Positions 35,401 to 49,976 of a stretch of DNA of 64,000 bases are shown here, piece by piece. Both the position numbers and the translations under genes were made by a program. The stretch's first letter is position 1, and each line of letters opens with the position of its first letter. The stretch comes from Azolla caroliniana. Lineage: Eukaryota > Plantae > Polypodiophyta. The notes below the pieces were generated by a model. It saw only the letters and a list, made by a program, of their open reading frames with translations. It was not told where the DNA came from and searched no databases. The stretch is taken from contig JBHGNT010000013.1 of the NCBI GenBank assembly GCA_043228905.1, positions 3,720,001 to 3,784,000 on the forward strand. The letters run 5' to 3'.

Positions 35401-38400
35401 TCAAACAGGTGAGTCTTTTGATGTTGTTGAAGTTCATACCAACCACTTAAGTTCATGTGAATGCATTTTATCTTTACATTTACTTGGACCTAATTATTTA
35501 CTCCGAGCAATTGGGTATATCAATGGAACACAAGCACATTTCTTGTTTGATTCCGGTAGTTCTCACAATTTTCTTAATCATATCTATCAAGTTCACATGG
35601 CAAATGGAAGCATTCAATACATCAGTGGCATTGTTTGTCAACTGCCAATTCAAATAGATACCTATTTGGAGAAGCTACACTTTCATGTTATGAAACTACA
35701 ATCCGTAGATGTCATTTTAGGATACCCTTGGTTTTTTAATAAAAACCCATCTTTGTCCATTGATTGGGTTAATCACTCAATCACATTTGAACTTAATAAT
35801 TGTAAACATTTTTTCCAAACTTCCTTCTCGTTCACTTGTGTCTTCTAAATCTTTAAGTGAGTATTCTAGTTCATTAATTTATTCGTGTGTAAATGATGCA
35901 GTGCTTCAATTTTATTATTTTAATATTGACTCCATACAATTACCACATTATGAACAACGATTACTCGACTCTAGTTTAGACAATTTTCAAGACGTTGTCG
36001 TGAAGAAAACCGTCCCTTCGAGCAATCGGTGCATGTCGCGCGTGAACCGGCTCTTCACGCGTGCGCGCCCCCTTAATGTATATAATAGAGAATTAGGTAC
36101 ATAGGTATATCCTGGGAAGTTAGATTCGGTAGGTGGGAAGTAAATCAAGGAGACAGCTCCCTTCTTGAAGCTATAAAAGAGAGGGAGACGCGGGGAGAAG
36201 GGGATCGCGCATTGAGGAGGACGAAGTGCTGTCGGACCGTAACCGAACGCTTCTCCTCTGTTTGTTCTCCATCGCTCTTCTCTACAGGTTTTCGGGAGGC
36301 TCGCGCTGCTTCGAGGAACGCCCGTGTGCTTCCGGCAGCACCTCCATCCTTTTCCCCTTTTGTGCGCAGACGAACAAGCATCGGCATCTGTTCGCCGGCC
36401 TGATCGGTTGTAACCGCTCGCGTGCTCTGTTGTGTATTTGTTATTCGTTAATATACAAACTTTCGTGTCTCTCTGTCTCTGTGTCCATTCGTGTTTTCTG
36501 CGTTGACGGGCCGTGTCCCTGTGTTTCTTTGCTCATACATAACCGATCGTCTCTATCTTTCTCTTTCCCCTCCTATCACCTACTCTTGAGTTCAAGACCC
36601 TGGTGGTCCCGCCTCGTTTCGGCACGCACGCGTGTAGTAACGCGACATATTTGGTGAACTCGACGTGAAACAGGCGGCAGAGGAGCAGAAGATGAGGGGG
36701 TCGGATCTTGCGGAGGCCATGGCTTCGGCCGTGGACCGGATAATGAGCGCGCGCGAGGGCACCGGCGCCCTTGACAGGGCTATTGAGGCGATCGTCGGTA
36801 TGATCGGCCGGTTCAGTGGAAAGGATGCCACGAGTTATTTGGCGTCCTACCGGGTGGAGATGTTGATGCGGGATATTCCGGAAGAGAGGCGTCTTGCCGG
36901 ATTCCCTCGAGTGGCGATGCCGGGCATCCATGCGGAGGTGCTCGAGGTCCGGGCGGAGAGCCGGACCTGGGAGGAGTTCGAAGGACGGCTCCTGGAGAAA
37001 TACGGGCTGGATGACGCACTTCGACTTTCGAAGCGGGGCTTCATGGAGTGGGTGGAGTCCCCCGACAAAGGAAGAAATGCGTCGGCACTCCTCCGGGAGT
37101 TTGAGGATCGCTTTGCGCGCCTTTCGACGCTCGATTGGACCGTTCTGGACACAAGTCGTGTCCTACTGTTTGTCAAATCGGTTGACGCATGGGATCGGGA
37201 GCAAGTGGGCTCCTTACTGGAAACCGAAGACGGGCTGACGGCCGACTGGGCCGCGGTAAAAAGATTCTGCGGCCGTTTTGATAAACGATGGGAGTGGGCT
37301 GATATAGGGGCGACCGGGGCGGGTCCTATCATAGCAAGCAATCTCGAACCGATACTGCAGGCGGTAAAGGATCTCCAGATCGCCCAGGCTCGTGATCGAC
37401 GGCCTCCGGCAGGAAATAGGTGCATGTGGTGCGACGAGGTCGGCCACATCCGGAAAGACTGCGGGGACTTTGCGGAGGCTTTGAGAAGCCGGGTAGTGTA
37501 CCTGTGGGAAGGTCGGGTGCACGCCAGCAATACCCGGAGGGCCCTGAACCGAAACGACGAGTGAGGAGGAATGAAAAGGCTGATGGAAGAGGCGGCGGCC
37601 CGGCACGCAGAGACCATCCACTACTCAGCGTCAGCCAGTATCAGGGTCGGAGGCAGCGAGTCCCGGAAGGAGAGCAAAGCCGGCTTCTAGCCGACGGTGC
37701 TGGAAGGCCTCGCCGGTGCCCGACTAAAGAAAGACGAGGTGGACCACGCGGAGAGGCCGGTCCAGGAGGTAACCGGGTGGAGTGACCCGGTCGAAGAAAA
37801 GACGGGTTTCGTCGAAGCAGCTTGCCAGAATTACGAGGCTCTGGTTGAAGACAAACGGGTAGGTAAAACCGGAGGGGCCGGACCCTCACAGAGATACGAA
37901 ACCCGATTTGGGCCGAAACGGAACGAGGCTGGTGAGACCAGTGCCCGGGATAACCACAAGAAGGGCGGATATCGTTTGGGCACGGAGATCGAAAGGTCTT
38001 GGAAGAACGTATCCTCGACAGCAAGGTGGAACTGTCGTTGCGGGAGGTGCTCAAAATCGCCAAGAAGGAGTTCCACGACTCCATCGTGGACTTGGTGAAG
38101 AGGAAGAGGCTATCGACGGAGACAGAACCGGAAAGGCCGGTAGAGATGCGGACGGTGCACATAGAGGACATGGCACTGGAAGACGAGTGGGCGGAGAGCC
38201 ACTATTCGAAGTGACCACGAAAACCCCGGTGAAGATCGGAGATGTTCAGGAACCGGTGGTGGCGTTGGTGAACCACGGTTCGGAAATAAACCTGATGTCC
38301 ATGGACTTCTACAAAAAGGGGAAATGACCGATCAACACTAAGCACGGGTGGAAGATACGGGCCGCGACGCGCGCCACCAAGGAACTACACGGGGCCTGCC

Positions 38401-41400
38401 CAAACGTGCGAGTCAAGATCGGCAACGTCGAGATAGACCAGCACTTCTTTGTGCAGGAGACGTACTCGCAGCCGGTCATACTGGGAGAACCGTACATTAC
38501 GGCAGCGCAAATGGAGACCAAGGTGCTGGACAACGGGTCGGCTTACGCGAGGGTCAAGAGTCAGGACGGGCGTCATTCGGTCCAGTTCCTGATGGTGTGA
38601 CCGAACCACAAGCGAAACCGCGAGTCCCTCGGTGGCGAGAACCGAGAGGATTTTTAGAGAGGGCTTTCAAGGCTTGGGGCCGCAACAGTCCGGACACTCC
38701 GGGAAAACCCCACAAATGTACGATAGAGGCAAAACCGAAGAAACCTTATACCATAAGTAGGAAGTTTTGTTTCTCCGACAACGGAGGGTGTACGATAGTC
38801 GGCGTCGTTGGCCGAGAAAAGACAAGGGCGGAAGAGCAACTTCGGGCGTGCGGAGTTCTCGGGCCCAGCGAAGAAATCAACGGAGCCGTGGAGGCGGTCT
38901 CCTTCGACGATACCTTGGGAATACTGTGAGAGGTGGTCAGAGAGGGCCTTAAAGAGGACCAAATGATACCGGTTTGTTCAGAAGAGATGTACGAAGTCAT
39001 CGCGGACTTCAGTCGAGGGCTCGAGTCGGATCGGACGGCCCGGGTTAACACGAAGTATAAGACTGTGGACCGGAAGGTAAGGCCAGTCGCGGCACCCTTA
39101 CCGGAGGGCAGCAAGTTGTGAATCAAGGGGGTCGCGTCGGACCCCAGTTTACGAGATCCGGCCTGCATAGGACACACCTTCACCGACAGAACGCTACGGG
39201 AGCTCAAAATCGGTGGGGGCAGGTTCCTACTGCCGGTGGAAGAAGACTGGTTTCGGAGAATGCTCGGAAGGCATGGGAAAGCCTGCGCATTCTCACCGGG
39301 AGAGATCGGGTGTGTAGACCTGACAGTCGTGAAGCCAATGGTGATATTCACGGTACCGCATGTGCCGTGGAATCTCAAACCAATTCCGGTACCGAGATCT
39401 CACATCCCGGAGCTGATGGAGCTGTTGAGGCAGAAAGTCGATATGGGCATCCTCGAACCGTCGAGTGCCCCGTACTCGAACCGGTGGTTTACCATACCGA
39501 AGAAGAACGGGACGTTGCGCTTCATTCAAGACCTGCAACCGGTCAACAGAGTGACCATTCGGAACGCAGGAATCAGACCAATGATAGACGAGTTCGCGGA
39601 GGCCTTCGCCGGAAGGTCGATCTACTCGGTCGGTGATCTGTACTCGGGGTGCGATCAGTTCCAACTAGCTGGGGAGAGCAGAGACATTACGACAATGCGG
39701 ACTCCTCTCGGCCTAGTGCGGATGTGTACCCTGCCACAAGGAGGGACGAACTCGGTGGCCCACATGGTGAATGCGATGAACAAGGTGCTGAGGGATTGTA
39801 TCCCGGACATCACCATGCCATTCTTGGACGACATCCCGATCAAGGGATGTCCAGTGGAGAAAAAGGACGAAACGATCGGACCGGACGGATGCCGGAAATT
39901 CGTGGCGACACACATTGACCACTGCAAGAGGGTGGTGCAGAGGCTAGAGGATGCGAGGCTCACCTTCTCCAGGGAGAAATCGGCCTTCGGGCAATCGGAG
40001 ATCATGGTCGTCGGACATCTATGCGGACCGTATGGCCGGAAACCGTCTCCGGCTAAGGTGGAAGCGATCTCCGCGATGAAGCCCGACTGTAACTCGGTCA
40101 GGGAAGTACGGAGGTTCTTGGGAGCATGTGCGTTCTACCACATATGGATCCCGCATTACGCCCACGTTGTCGAGCCGCTATACGGGTTGCTGAAAAAGGG
40201 GCGAAAATTCGAGTGGCAGGACGAGCATACGGAGTCGGTTAGAAAGATGAAGGAGGCTCTTGCTACAGCTCCGGCACTCCGGAAGGCTGTCTATGAGAAA
40301 GGTACTCCCATCTACATAACGGTAGATACAAGTCCGACCGGGATCGGATGGGTCGTCAACCAAGAAGATGAGGACGGCATTCAGTTCCCAATCCGTTTCG
40401 GCGCGAAGGTCCTCAGCGAGCGATAGCGAGGATACGCCCAGGTTAAACGCGAACTCTGGGGTATCGATTCGGCGGTGTAGGCCGATAAAGACTATCTGAT
40501 CGGGACAGAAGTGATTATCGAGACGGACTGCCTGCCAATTCTCGGCATTGTTTCCGGATGCGCAACCCCGGACCTGGCAATGCTCAGGTGGATAGCGTAC
40601 ATCAAGTCCCTGGATCCGGAAATACGACACATTTCCGGGAAAGACAATGCCATGGCCGACATGCTTTCGAGGGCGCGATTCGACGACAAGGGCGGCATGG
40701 TTTCGGAGGACGAGGAAGTCAGCGTGGACTTCTTCGAGGCGGCTTACGTAACAACCGAGGGGGGGAGCACTCCGGCGCTTAACGATTTTAACGAGAGCAA
40801 GTACGATGGGGAGTGGCTGCAAATTGGAGGATTCTTAAGGACGATGACGCCGGGCGCGTCATGGACAAGGGACGAGGCCAACCGGATCCGGAAGAAAGCG
40901 TACCGATTCTTTCTCCGGGACGGATACTTGTGGAAGCACCCGAAGAAGAGAAACGGCATCCCCCTCCGAGTAGTGGCGATGAAGGAGGAACAGGAGCAGT
41001 TACTAAAGGCCTACCACGACAGCCCCTGGGTTGGACACCGTGGGACGTGGGCCACGTTGGGAAACTAAAGGGGAAGTACTAGTGGCCGGGGCTGTACCGG
41101 GACGTGCGTCGGTTCGTGACAACTTGTGAGAGCTGTCAGATGCACTCCATAGTCCGACATCGGGACAAGCTTCATCCTACATACCCTCCGACCATCCACT
41201 TCAAATGGATGGTAGATTTGGTGACGATGCCGATGGGTGTAGGGCAGATGCGATATCTGGTGCTGGCCCGAGAGGACCTGATGAACCAGGTGGAAGGCCA
41301 AGCCCTACAGAACAAAACGACCGCGGCCGTGTGCCGGTTCCTGATCGAGGACGTGATATGCCAGTACGGGTGCGTCGGAAAGATCGTGGCTGACCGCGGG

Positions 41401-44400
41401 GAGTTGGACGCCAAAGAGGCCGAGGAGTTGTTCGACCGGTTAGGGGTCAAGCTCTCGCTCACCACAGCATACAATCCGGAGGTGGAACGCGGGCACGGAC
41501 CGAACATCAAAGCGCTAGTCCGGGCATGCGGAGGCCAGGTCGGGAACTGGCCACAGCTGTTACCTTATGCCTTGTGGGCGGACCGGACAACGCACAGTTC
41601 GGTAACCGGGTTCATGCGGTCAAAGCTCATGTTCGGACAGAAGCCAATCATGCCGATGGAACGGACGATCTCCTCTTGGGCGACAATAGACTGGACAGAC
41701 GAGATGAGTCAGGAAGAACTACTAGCGACGCGTATACGGCAGCTCGAGCGGAGGCCAGAGGACGTGGAACGAGCGGCAGAGAGACTTCGGACAGCGAGGA
41801 TAAAGAACAAAGCCCGGTTCGACCGAACGCACCGGCTCCGACCGAAGAAAATCGAGGAAGGCGACTGGGTGCTAGTCTACGACAGCAGCCTCGACAACCA
41901 GCACCGGGCAACACGGAAGTTTGCAAAGCGGTGGTTCGGGCCTTACGTGGTAACGAGCACCAACGACAACGGGACGTATCACCTGGCGGAACTCGACGGT
42001 ACGAGGATGGTGATACCGGTAGCAAGGAAGCGGATCAAAGCGTTCAAGAAGCGCCACAACGACGAACCGGATCTAAGAGGCCTGGACAACGACGACGAAT
42101 AGTCCGTGACGGAGGACGAACCGATGGACGAGGAACCGGAACCCGGACCGGTTTTCTCCAACCAAAACACAATTTTGGCGCATACCGGTGGATGCGCGGT
42201 TAGGTGGGGGTGGATGTCTTGAAGAAAACCGTCCCTTCGAGCAATCGGTGCATGTCGCGCGTGAACCGGCTCTTCACGCGTGCGCGCCCCCTTAATGTAT
42301 ATAATAGAGAATTAGGTACATAGGTATATCCTGGGAAGTTAGATTCGGTAGGTGGGAAGTAAATGAGGGAGACGGCTCCCTTCTTGAAGCTATAAAAGAG
42401 AGGGAGACACGGGGAGAAGGGGATCGCGCATTGAGGAGGACAAAGTGTTGTCGGACCGTAACCGAACGCTTCTCCTCTGTTTTTTCTCCATCGCTCTTCT
42501 CTGCAGGTTTTCGGGAGGCTCGCGTTGCTTCGAGGAACGCCCGTGTGCTTCCGGCAGCACCTCCATCCTTTTCCCCTTTCGTGCACAGACGAACAGGCAT
42601 CGGCATCTGTTCGCCGGCCTATTCGGTTGTAACCGCTCGCGTGCTCTGTTGTGTATTTGTTATTCGTTAATATACAAACTTTCGTGTCTCTCTGTCTCTG
42701 TGTCCATTCGTGTTTTCTGCATTGACGGGCCGTGTCCCTGTGTTTCTTTGCTCATACGTAACCGGTCGTCTCTCTCTTTCTCTTTCCCCTCCTATCACCT
42801 ACTCTTCGGTTCAAGACCCCGGTGGTCCCGCCTCGTTTCTCCACGCACGCGCGTAGTAACGCGACAACGTGTTTCCTAACTAATTTCCGCTTATGTTACC
42901 AACAAAATGTAATGTGGAACATCAAATTGAACTCATCCCCGGTGTTGCTGCTTTGAGCATTCCACCTTACCGACTTAGTCGATTAGAAGAGGATGAGATT
43001 GCCAAACAACTTAAGGAATACTTCAGTATGGGCCACAATGTTAGGTATAGTAAATCACCTTGGGGTGCACCAGTTCTATTAGTTAAGAAGAAGGAACGTT
43101 CATGGTGAATGTGTATCAATTATCGCCGTTTGAATAAAATGACAATTAAAAATGCATATCCGTTACCTCATGCTGATGATTTGATTGATCATTTGCATGG
43201 GGCCCGATATTTTATGAAAATTGACTTACGAATAGGTTATCATCAGATTCACATTACCGAGGATGATATTCCTAAAACCGCTTTTCGTACGTGCTATGGC
43301 CATTATCAGTTTTTAGTCATGCCTTAATGCTCGAGCCACATTCCAACAAGCGATGAATGACGTTTTTCGAGATCAACTGGGTGATTTTGTTGTCGTATCC
43401 TTGGATAATATTTTGCTATATAATCGTACCTTGCAAGATCATGTTCAACATGTTCGATTTGTTTTGCAAAAGTTGCGTGACAACTGTTATTTTTTCCAAA
43501 AATTTATTGTGTACCTAGGTCATTTAATTACGGAAAATGGCGTTGAAATTGAACCTTCTCATATTGAAAAGGTTAAAATTTGGCCCATTCCTCATAATAT
43601 TCGTGAACTGCGATCGTTCTTAGGGTTTGTTGGATTTTTACGAAAATCAATTCTTAATTATTCCAAATTGACTACGCCATTAACTGACCTTTTAAAAGGT
43701 CATCCACGTAAGTCTAAATCAATTTCATGGAATGAACAACTAGATAAATCATTTGAGACACTCAAAGAGCATGTGTGTCAGGTTCCCACTCTTCTATTAT
43801 TGGACCTTTCTAGGCCTTCTCAATCGAAACCAATGCTAGTGATTATGCTATTGGCGTCGTTGTTTATCAACGCGGTCACCCTACTGCTTTTGAAAGTAAG
43901 AAGCTTGATGCTACTAATCTCGGTATTCGGTTCGAGAGAAAGAGTTGTTTGCGGTAATACATGCACTTAAAACGTGGAGGGACTATCTCTATGGAAATAA
44001 ATTTGTGGTTACAACCGACCATCAATCATTGAAGTATTTTTATCACCAACCAAATCTTATTGGTTGTAAAGGCCGTTGGGCTGATGTTATGCAAGATTTT
44101 GATTTTTCCATACGGTATTGCAAGGGTTCTATGAACACCATTGCAGATGCTCTTAGTCGCATTAAAGAAGTTAACATGCTTAGCTTCACGGAAATAAAAT
44201 ATGATCTTTTAGATCACCTTCGAGGGAAATACCTTGACGATAGTTATTTCTCAAAATACTGGATGAAGGTGAATCTGGTTTAGATGCCCATAACAAATGG
44301 GAAAGTATCTCGATGGATTTTATTGTTAGTTTACCTAGTAGACAGAGGGGTCATGATGCCATTTGGGTTGCGGTTGACTGACTAACAAAATTGGCTATAT

Positions 44401-45505
44401 ATTTATTCCTACAAAAACCACGGTCACTCAACAATTGGCTTATCCATTTGTTGATGAGTAATTTCTTTTTTATGAATTACCTATGGATATTGTTAGTGAT
44501 CGAGATTCCAAGTTCACTAGTGACTTTTTGACTCAGGTCTTTAAGAAGCTAGAAACTACATTGAGCATGAGTTTCGCACATCATCCTCAGTCTGATGGAC
44601 AAACTGAACGTGTTAATCAAATTATTGAGGACATCCTTCGAGCTTATGTTGCAAAACCCCTTCTAATTGGGAGCAATACCTTCCTATCTTAGAATTTGCC
44701 TATAATACCTCTAAACATACATCCACTGGATATAGGCGTTTTATGTTCATGTATGGTTTTCAGCCACGTGCCCTAGTCGATGACATGATTCATTGTGATA
44801 CATTAGATAGTACATGCAATTTTTTGCAAGAAATGTACCAAATGTGGCATATTGCCAAAGAAAATGTCAAGACAACTCAAGGTCGTGCTCGATTTTATGA
44901 TGATCATGAGAGCCGTCCTCGTGCATTTACTATTGGTCAAAATGGTTTTTTGTGTGTCCCTACTGGCTCTACGTCATTGTCTACGGGCAAGTGCGCTAAG
45001 TTAGTCCCACAATATTGTGGCCCATTTGAAATCCTTAAGTGAGTTGGGTCATCTGCTTATCGCTTTGCCTTACCCCGTAACGTTGGTAGTCATCCTGTTT
45101 TTCACGTCACTCGTCTAAAACCATTTTTAGGCTTTGGTGATAACACCATCACAATCCAAGATCTTGTAACATTAGAGGATTTTTCTTACAAACCTCATGT
45201 TCGAGAACAAATTCTTGATTCTTGTACTAAATGTTTACGTTGTAAAGATATTTGGCTATTCAAGATCAAATGGATGGATAAACCTATTGATGATGCCACA
45301 TGTGAATGTGAGCATACTCTTAAGGCACAATCATGATTTGGGCAACCAATGAATGGAGACCCTTTTTAAAAGGCACATCTATTCAAGGGGCTTAGGAAAA
45401 GGTATAAATATGAGGTTTAGGTACCCTCATAAGGACATTACATTGGAAGGTTGTTGTCTTAGACACCGGTGGTGCGGGCTAGGCTTTCGTCTCGACGATC
45501 GTGTT
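32457..45505 (+). mobile_element. tRNA-iMet-primed chromoviral Gypsy (decayed), host of the 35996-42866 insertion
   Basis: 5' LTR ~32457-32955, of which 32605-32778 recurs at 45330-45505; PBS TGGTATCATAGC 32957-32968; long 5' UTR; gag ~34489-35386 with CAYCKKRGHRKDTC; PR LFDSGSSHNF; RT/RH/IN/chromodomain fragments 42871-45330. Confidence 0.85.
35996..42866 (+). mobile_element. GC-rich non-chromoviral Gypsy, tRNA-Trp PBS, copy 1 (decayed)
   Basis: 652-bp LTRs 35996-36647 and 42215-42866 (about 25 mismatches by eye); PBS TGGTGAACTCGACGTGAA 36652-36669; PPT AGGTGGGGGTGGA; 4-bp TSD ACGT; gag-PR, RT (LPQGGTNS, FLDD), RNase H, IN with GPY. Confidence 0.95.
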
Positions 45506-46490
45506 CGACCAGAACTCCATCAGTGTTCTATACGATCGACTGCCTTGATCAGAACGCTTGACCTGAACATCACCTTCAGTCAGCACATCTTCCTCGGCAT
45601 GAACATTCTCTTTCTGTTAGCACACGAAACTCATCAGGGGTCCAAAATCACATTGTGTGTATGTGTGTTATTCCTTGTATTTTGTGAGTTGTTGTGAATC
45701 GATCTTGTCCATTCCTTCCACATTAATGAGTTTTTGAAATTAAGTATTGTAACTTGAAGTTTTTCAAATTCTCTAAACTGCCCTTCTAGTTTTTGTCTTT
45801 GTCTCTTTTACCTCTTCTATCGATCACTTTTCACATCATAGTCCTTGTCGTCGTCTCAATATAGATATTTTTCTCTCTTTATTTTCCTTCTCTTTTCTCT
45901 TGGGCCCTTCGGCCCGCACCGCTTTCTCCTGCCGCCTCTTCGGCTGTTGTTCGGCCGCAACTCCTGCTTCATCTGGTTCAGTTATCACCTCACTCGACTA
46001 GTCGTCCTCTCTGTATCTGTCGGCCTATCATTCTGATCGTCAGCAATTCGCCACCTCTATTTGGCTCTTGTATTGTCATTATTCAATTGCTCCGTCCGGC
46101 GCCACCTCTCTTCATCTAGTCTCCATTTAGCCATTTTGGTTGTTGCTCGGCCATCGGGGTTTAGCCATGTCCAGCCACCGATTTTCCACCGCCGTCGATT
46201 TTCAGCTACCGTCGTCAGCTATCCGTTGTTCGGCCCTTCCGGTCAACGCCATCACTAATTTTCAACTTCTTCTCCGTAGGGCATGCCAAAATAGTGTTAT
46301 AGGTTTAGATTTAGGGTTAGTGATAATGGTGATAGGAATAGGAATAGGGTTAGCAATGAGTGGGATTGATAGTGATAAGGATGTTCACCATTGCACCAAA
46401 ATTGTGTTTATCCTAGGTTGGACTAGCCGTAAACACAAGGTATCATGTCCTGCAATACATCTCCAATGGTGTGGTTGGATATATGGATGA

Positions 46491-47172
46491 TGTTTCGACA
46501 CTCATACACTTAACACTAACCGGTTACTTTCCAGAAAGCCTTCCGGAACACATGTAACGTATTCGACACTTAATTACATGCGTAAGATCACTAGCTATTG
46601 CACAGATGGAAAGCATACAAGATAAATAACAGATAGACAATGAAATAGCCAAAATCACTCCTTAAGTTATATTACTTCTGTGTAAGATAGATTGATTCGG
46701 ATCCTTTTATAAGCATCTTGTAAGACTAAGAAAAGGTGCCCAACCAGTTATAGACTACAAAATGGTGCAAATCTGGATCGGTACAACTATTCGGATCTAT
46801 CATTTCCTTAATCATAATTAACTATATTAATATTAACTATTCGGACTTAACTCTTCCCAGTCCACACCTCCGCCTCTAGGTCATACTCTCATAGGCCAAC
46901 ATTTACTTCAGCCGAATCGGAGGCACACACTTGAGGCGTCTTTCAGGTACCGAAGTATCCACTTGACTGCTACCTAATGTTCTCTTTGAGGATTGCTCAT
47001 ATATCGGCAGACGACTCTGACTACATGGGTGATGTCCAGCCTGGCACATACCATCGCGTACATCAGGCTTCTAACTAGCTAGACATAAGGGACTTTTGAC
47101 ATCTTGTCCTTCTCAGTTTTCGATTTTGGACATTCGCTTCACGATACTTTATAGTTTGTTGGCAGTGTCAAG
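46491..47172 (-). mobile_element. Copia remnant (RT C-terminus, PPT and 3' LTR)
   Basis: KVPY..LV.SLMYAMVCARLDI...RYMSNP...AVKWILRYLK at 46942-47172; purine tract at 46867-46878, then LTR starting TGTGGA at 46866. The far LTR end is uncertain. Confidence 0.65.
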
Positions 47173-49936
47173 TGTTAGGAACAATACTAAGACAGAGAAG
47201 GAATTAGTACTAAAAGAAGTATTAGTACTAAGAGAGGTGAAGAAGTCTTGAGAGAAGGAAAGAGTGAGTGAGAGGGAGGGAGAGAGAGATAGAGAGAGAG
47301 TGATGATAAGAAAAGATATATATATTGTGAAGAGAAGGTACAGTAGTAGCTAGCAGGCTTAAGACTAGCATTGAACCAATTTGGTTCGAAATAATGCCTT
47401 GTGCCTCCTTTTATAGTGTTCTGAGGAATACTCCTGAAGTTTCTAGAATGTTCCAGAGAAATCTGGAATATACATCAATTTTCTATAATAAAACATAAAT
47501 GAAAATAATATTCTACGTATTACAAGGTATGGTCTAATTGTCAAGAGCTCGACCCATGTAGCATAAGGTCATGGGTTTGAGTCTTGCCATATCATGACAT
47601 TATCCCCCTTCAAAACGACGAGTGTCATGAGTCGTTTTGGATTGAGGACCCGGTTTGTCTGGATATTGACGATGGAAGTCTTCAAGAAGAGCATAAGCAT
47701 TGGTCACATTCTTTATCGGTTCCCAAGTACGCTTGTTGGGACTATATCCTAGCCAATCGACTAGATAGTAGAGCTTGTTGCGAACAATCTTGGAATCATG
47801 GATGGCGACAACATCGTACTCAGGTCCATCTTCAAGCTCGATCGGGGGTGGAGGCTATGTAATACATCTTGGGATGGTGTTCTCTTGATAGGGTTCGAGG
47901 AGAGAACTATGAAACACCGGATGTATCCGAAGTTGCGGAGGTAGATCGAGACGAAAAGCGACATCATTAATCTTTCCTATAATACGGAAAGGACCTAATC
48001 GTCGATAATCCAACGTCTTGCATGGGCTAGTAGTCTTGATGTGTTGTCGTAGTAGCCATACCCGATCTCCAATGTTAAAATTGGATGGAAGTCGATGACG
48101 ATCCGCATAAATCTTGTGTGTTTGTTGAGCTTGTTGGAGATGAGTAGATAAATCGGCTTGTATCTTGCGTAACCGCTCTAAATGATCCTCTACGCAAGGA
48201 TTTGTGGACAACTCTGGGGTTTCAAATACACACCACCAGGGGTGAGAACCCATATAAGCATAAAATGGTGTAGCTTTAGTCGATGTGTGGACAGAGTTAT
48301 TGTAGGCAAATTCGGCGAAGTGGAGAATATCTACCCAGACATCCGGATGATAGCTTAGAAAGCACCAAAGATACTGCTCCAGTGTTTGATTGGTTCGTTC
48401 TGCTTGGCCATCCGTTTGTGGGTGGTAGCAGGAGTAGAGGTTACATGTGACCTTGAGCATTTTAAAAAGGTGCTTCCAGAATTTCAGTACGAACTGGGGT
48501 CCACGGTCGCTGATGATACTATCGGGAAGGCCATGATGCCGACATACTTCACGCATGACAATTTCAGCGGTTTCTTCACTAGATATTTCCTTACTACATG
48601 GCAACAAATGAGCCATCTTCATATATCGATCTATGACTGTTAGAATCACATTGAACCCCTTAGAGACTGGAAGATCTGTGATGAAGTCTAGAGCAATGGA
48701 TTGCCACGACTTACTTGGAATTGGTAATGGTTCTAATAAACCATATGGATGATGCCTTGGCATTTTCGCTCTGCAGCATGTATCACAAGTCCGAACAAAA
48801 TCTTCGACAAATTGTCGCATACGGGGCCACCATAATGATTGTTGTACTAAATCTAATGTTTTAGTACTACCAAAATGCCCAGTTGTATATGTGTCATGAC
48901 AGTTTTGGACTACTCGAAGGTGGCAAGAACCATTAGGAACATACAAGAGTTCATTAAAGAATAGTAATCCATCATGGTATTTGAATTGCCGATAGTCCGT
49001 ACCTGGTGGTTGCGACTATGAACAAGATGCTCGAGAGGGATGAATTTGTGCTAGAATGGTTTGGGTGAAAGCATCGGTCTTCAAGTCCTCATGTATAGTA
49101 TCGATAACGTGGGAATCCATTGGCATGCCAAAGACCTGTGTTGCTTGCAGTCGTGTCGGTTCCAAGATTACTTGCTTTTGGTTATCAAAAGCTAGCTCGC
49201 CGGGACGTGGTGCTAGGTACGAACGCCGTGATAATGCATTTGCCTTCCCTTGGTGCTTCCCCGGATGATATGTAATCTTGAAGTCGAAACGCTGTCGTGA
49301 AGAAAACCGTCCACAAGCGGAATCGGTGCGCCGGAGCGTAGGAACCGGCTCTTCTTGCACGTTGTACATAGGAGAGAATGTTGTACATAGAAGATCCTAG
49401 GTAGGTAGATTTGGTAGGTAGGGAGTTAATAGGAAACGGCTCCCTTTTTGCCTATAAGAGGAGGGAGACGAGGAGGAGAAAGGGATCGCGGAGAGTCGAG
49501 GACGAAGTGTTGTCGGTTCGTGGGAAAAGGCTTCTCTCTCTCTCTCTCTGGTTCGCAAACGCCATAGCTTCCTTCTGTGCAGGTTTCGGGAGGCTCGCGC
49601 TGCTCTGAGGAATGCCCGAGTGCTTCCGGCAGCACCTCCAACCTACTCCTTCCTTTCTGTGCGTTTACGAACAGGTATCGGCATCTGTTCGCCGGCCTGT
49701 TCAGTTGTAACCGACTCCGTGTTGTGTTGTTTGTCTTTGTTAATACATCCATACGTTTGTGTCTCCCTGTGTCGCTGTCGCACTCGCGTCTTTGTGTCAA
49801 AGGGCCGTGACCCTGTGAATCTACGCACGCACCTAGTGGGTCTCTTCCCTTCTCCTTTTTCTCTCTTGCTCTTCGGTACAAGACCCCCGAGGTCCCGCCT
49901 CGTTCCACGCATCCGCGAGGAATACCTCGACATCTT

Positions 49937-49954
49937 TGGTGAACCCGACGTGAA
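49937..49954 (+). promoter_or_regulatory. Primer-binding site complementary to tRNA-Trp 3' end
   Basis: TGGTGAACCCGACGTGAA is the reverse complement of TTCACGTCGGGTTCA-CCA, the plant cytosolic tRNA-Trp 3' end as recalled. Confidence 0.85.
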
Positions 49955-49976
49955 GGAGGCGGCAGAAGAGCAGAAG

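Noticed and set aside
46290-46380. Telomere-like TTTAGGG/TTAGGG motifs (also ~32160)
   Set aside because: Only one or two degenerate units; not an interstitial telomeric array.
49620-49976. N-terminal extension of gag through the LTR and PBS (827-aa ORF)
   Set aside because: Copy 1 has an in-frame TAA at 36638 just upstream of the PBS, so the extension is not conserved. The ATG at 49977 is the likely start.
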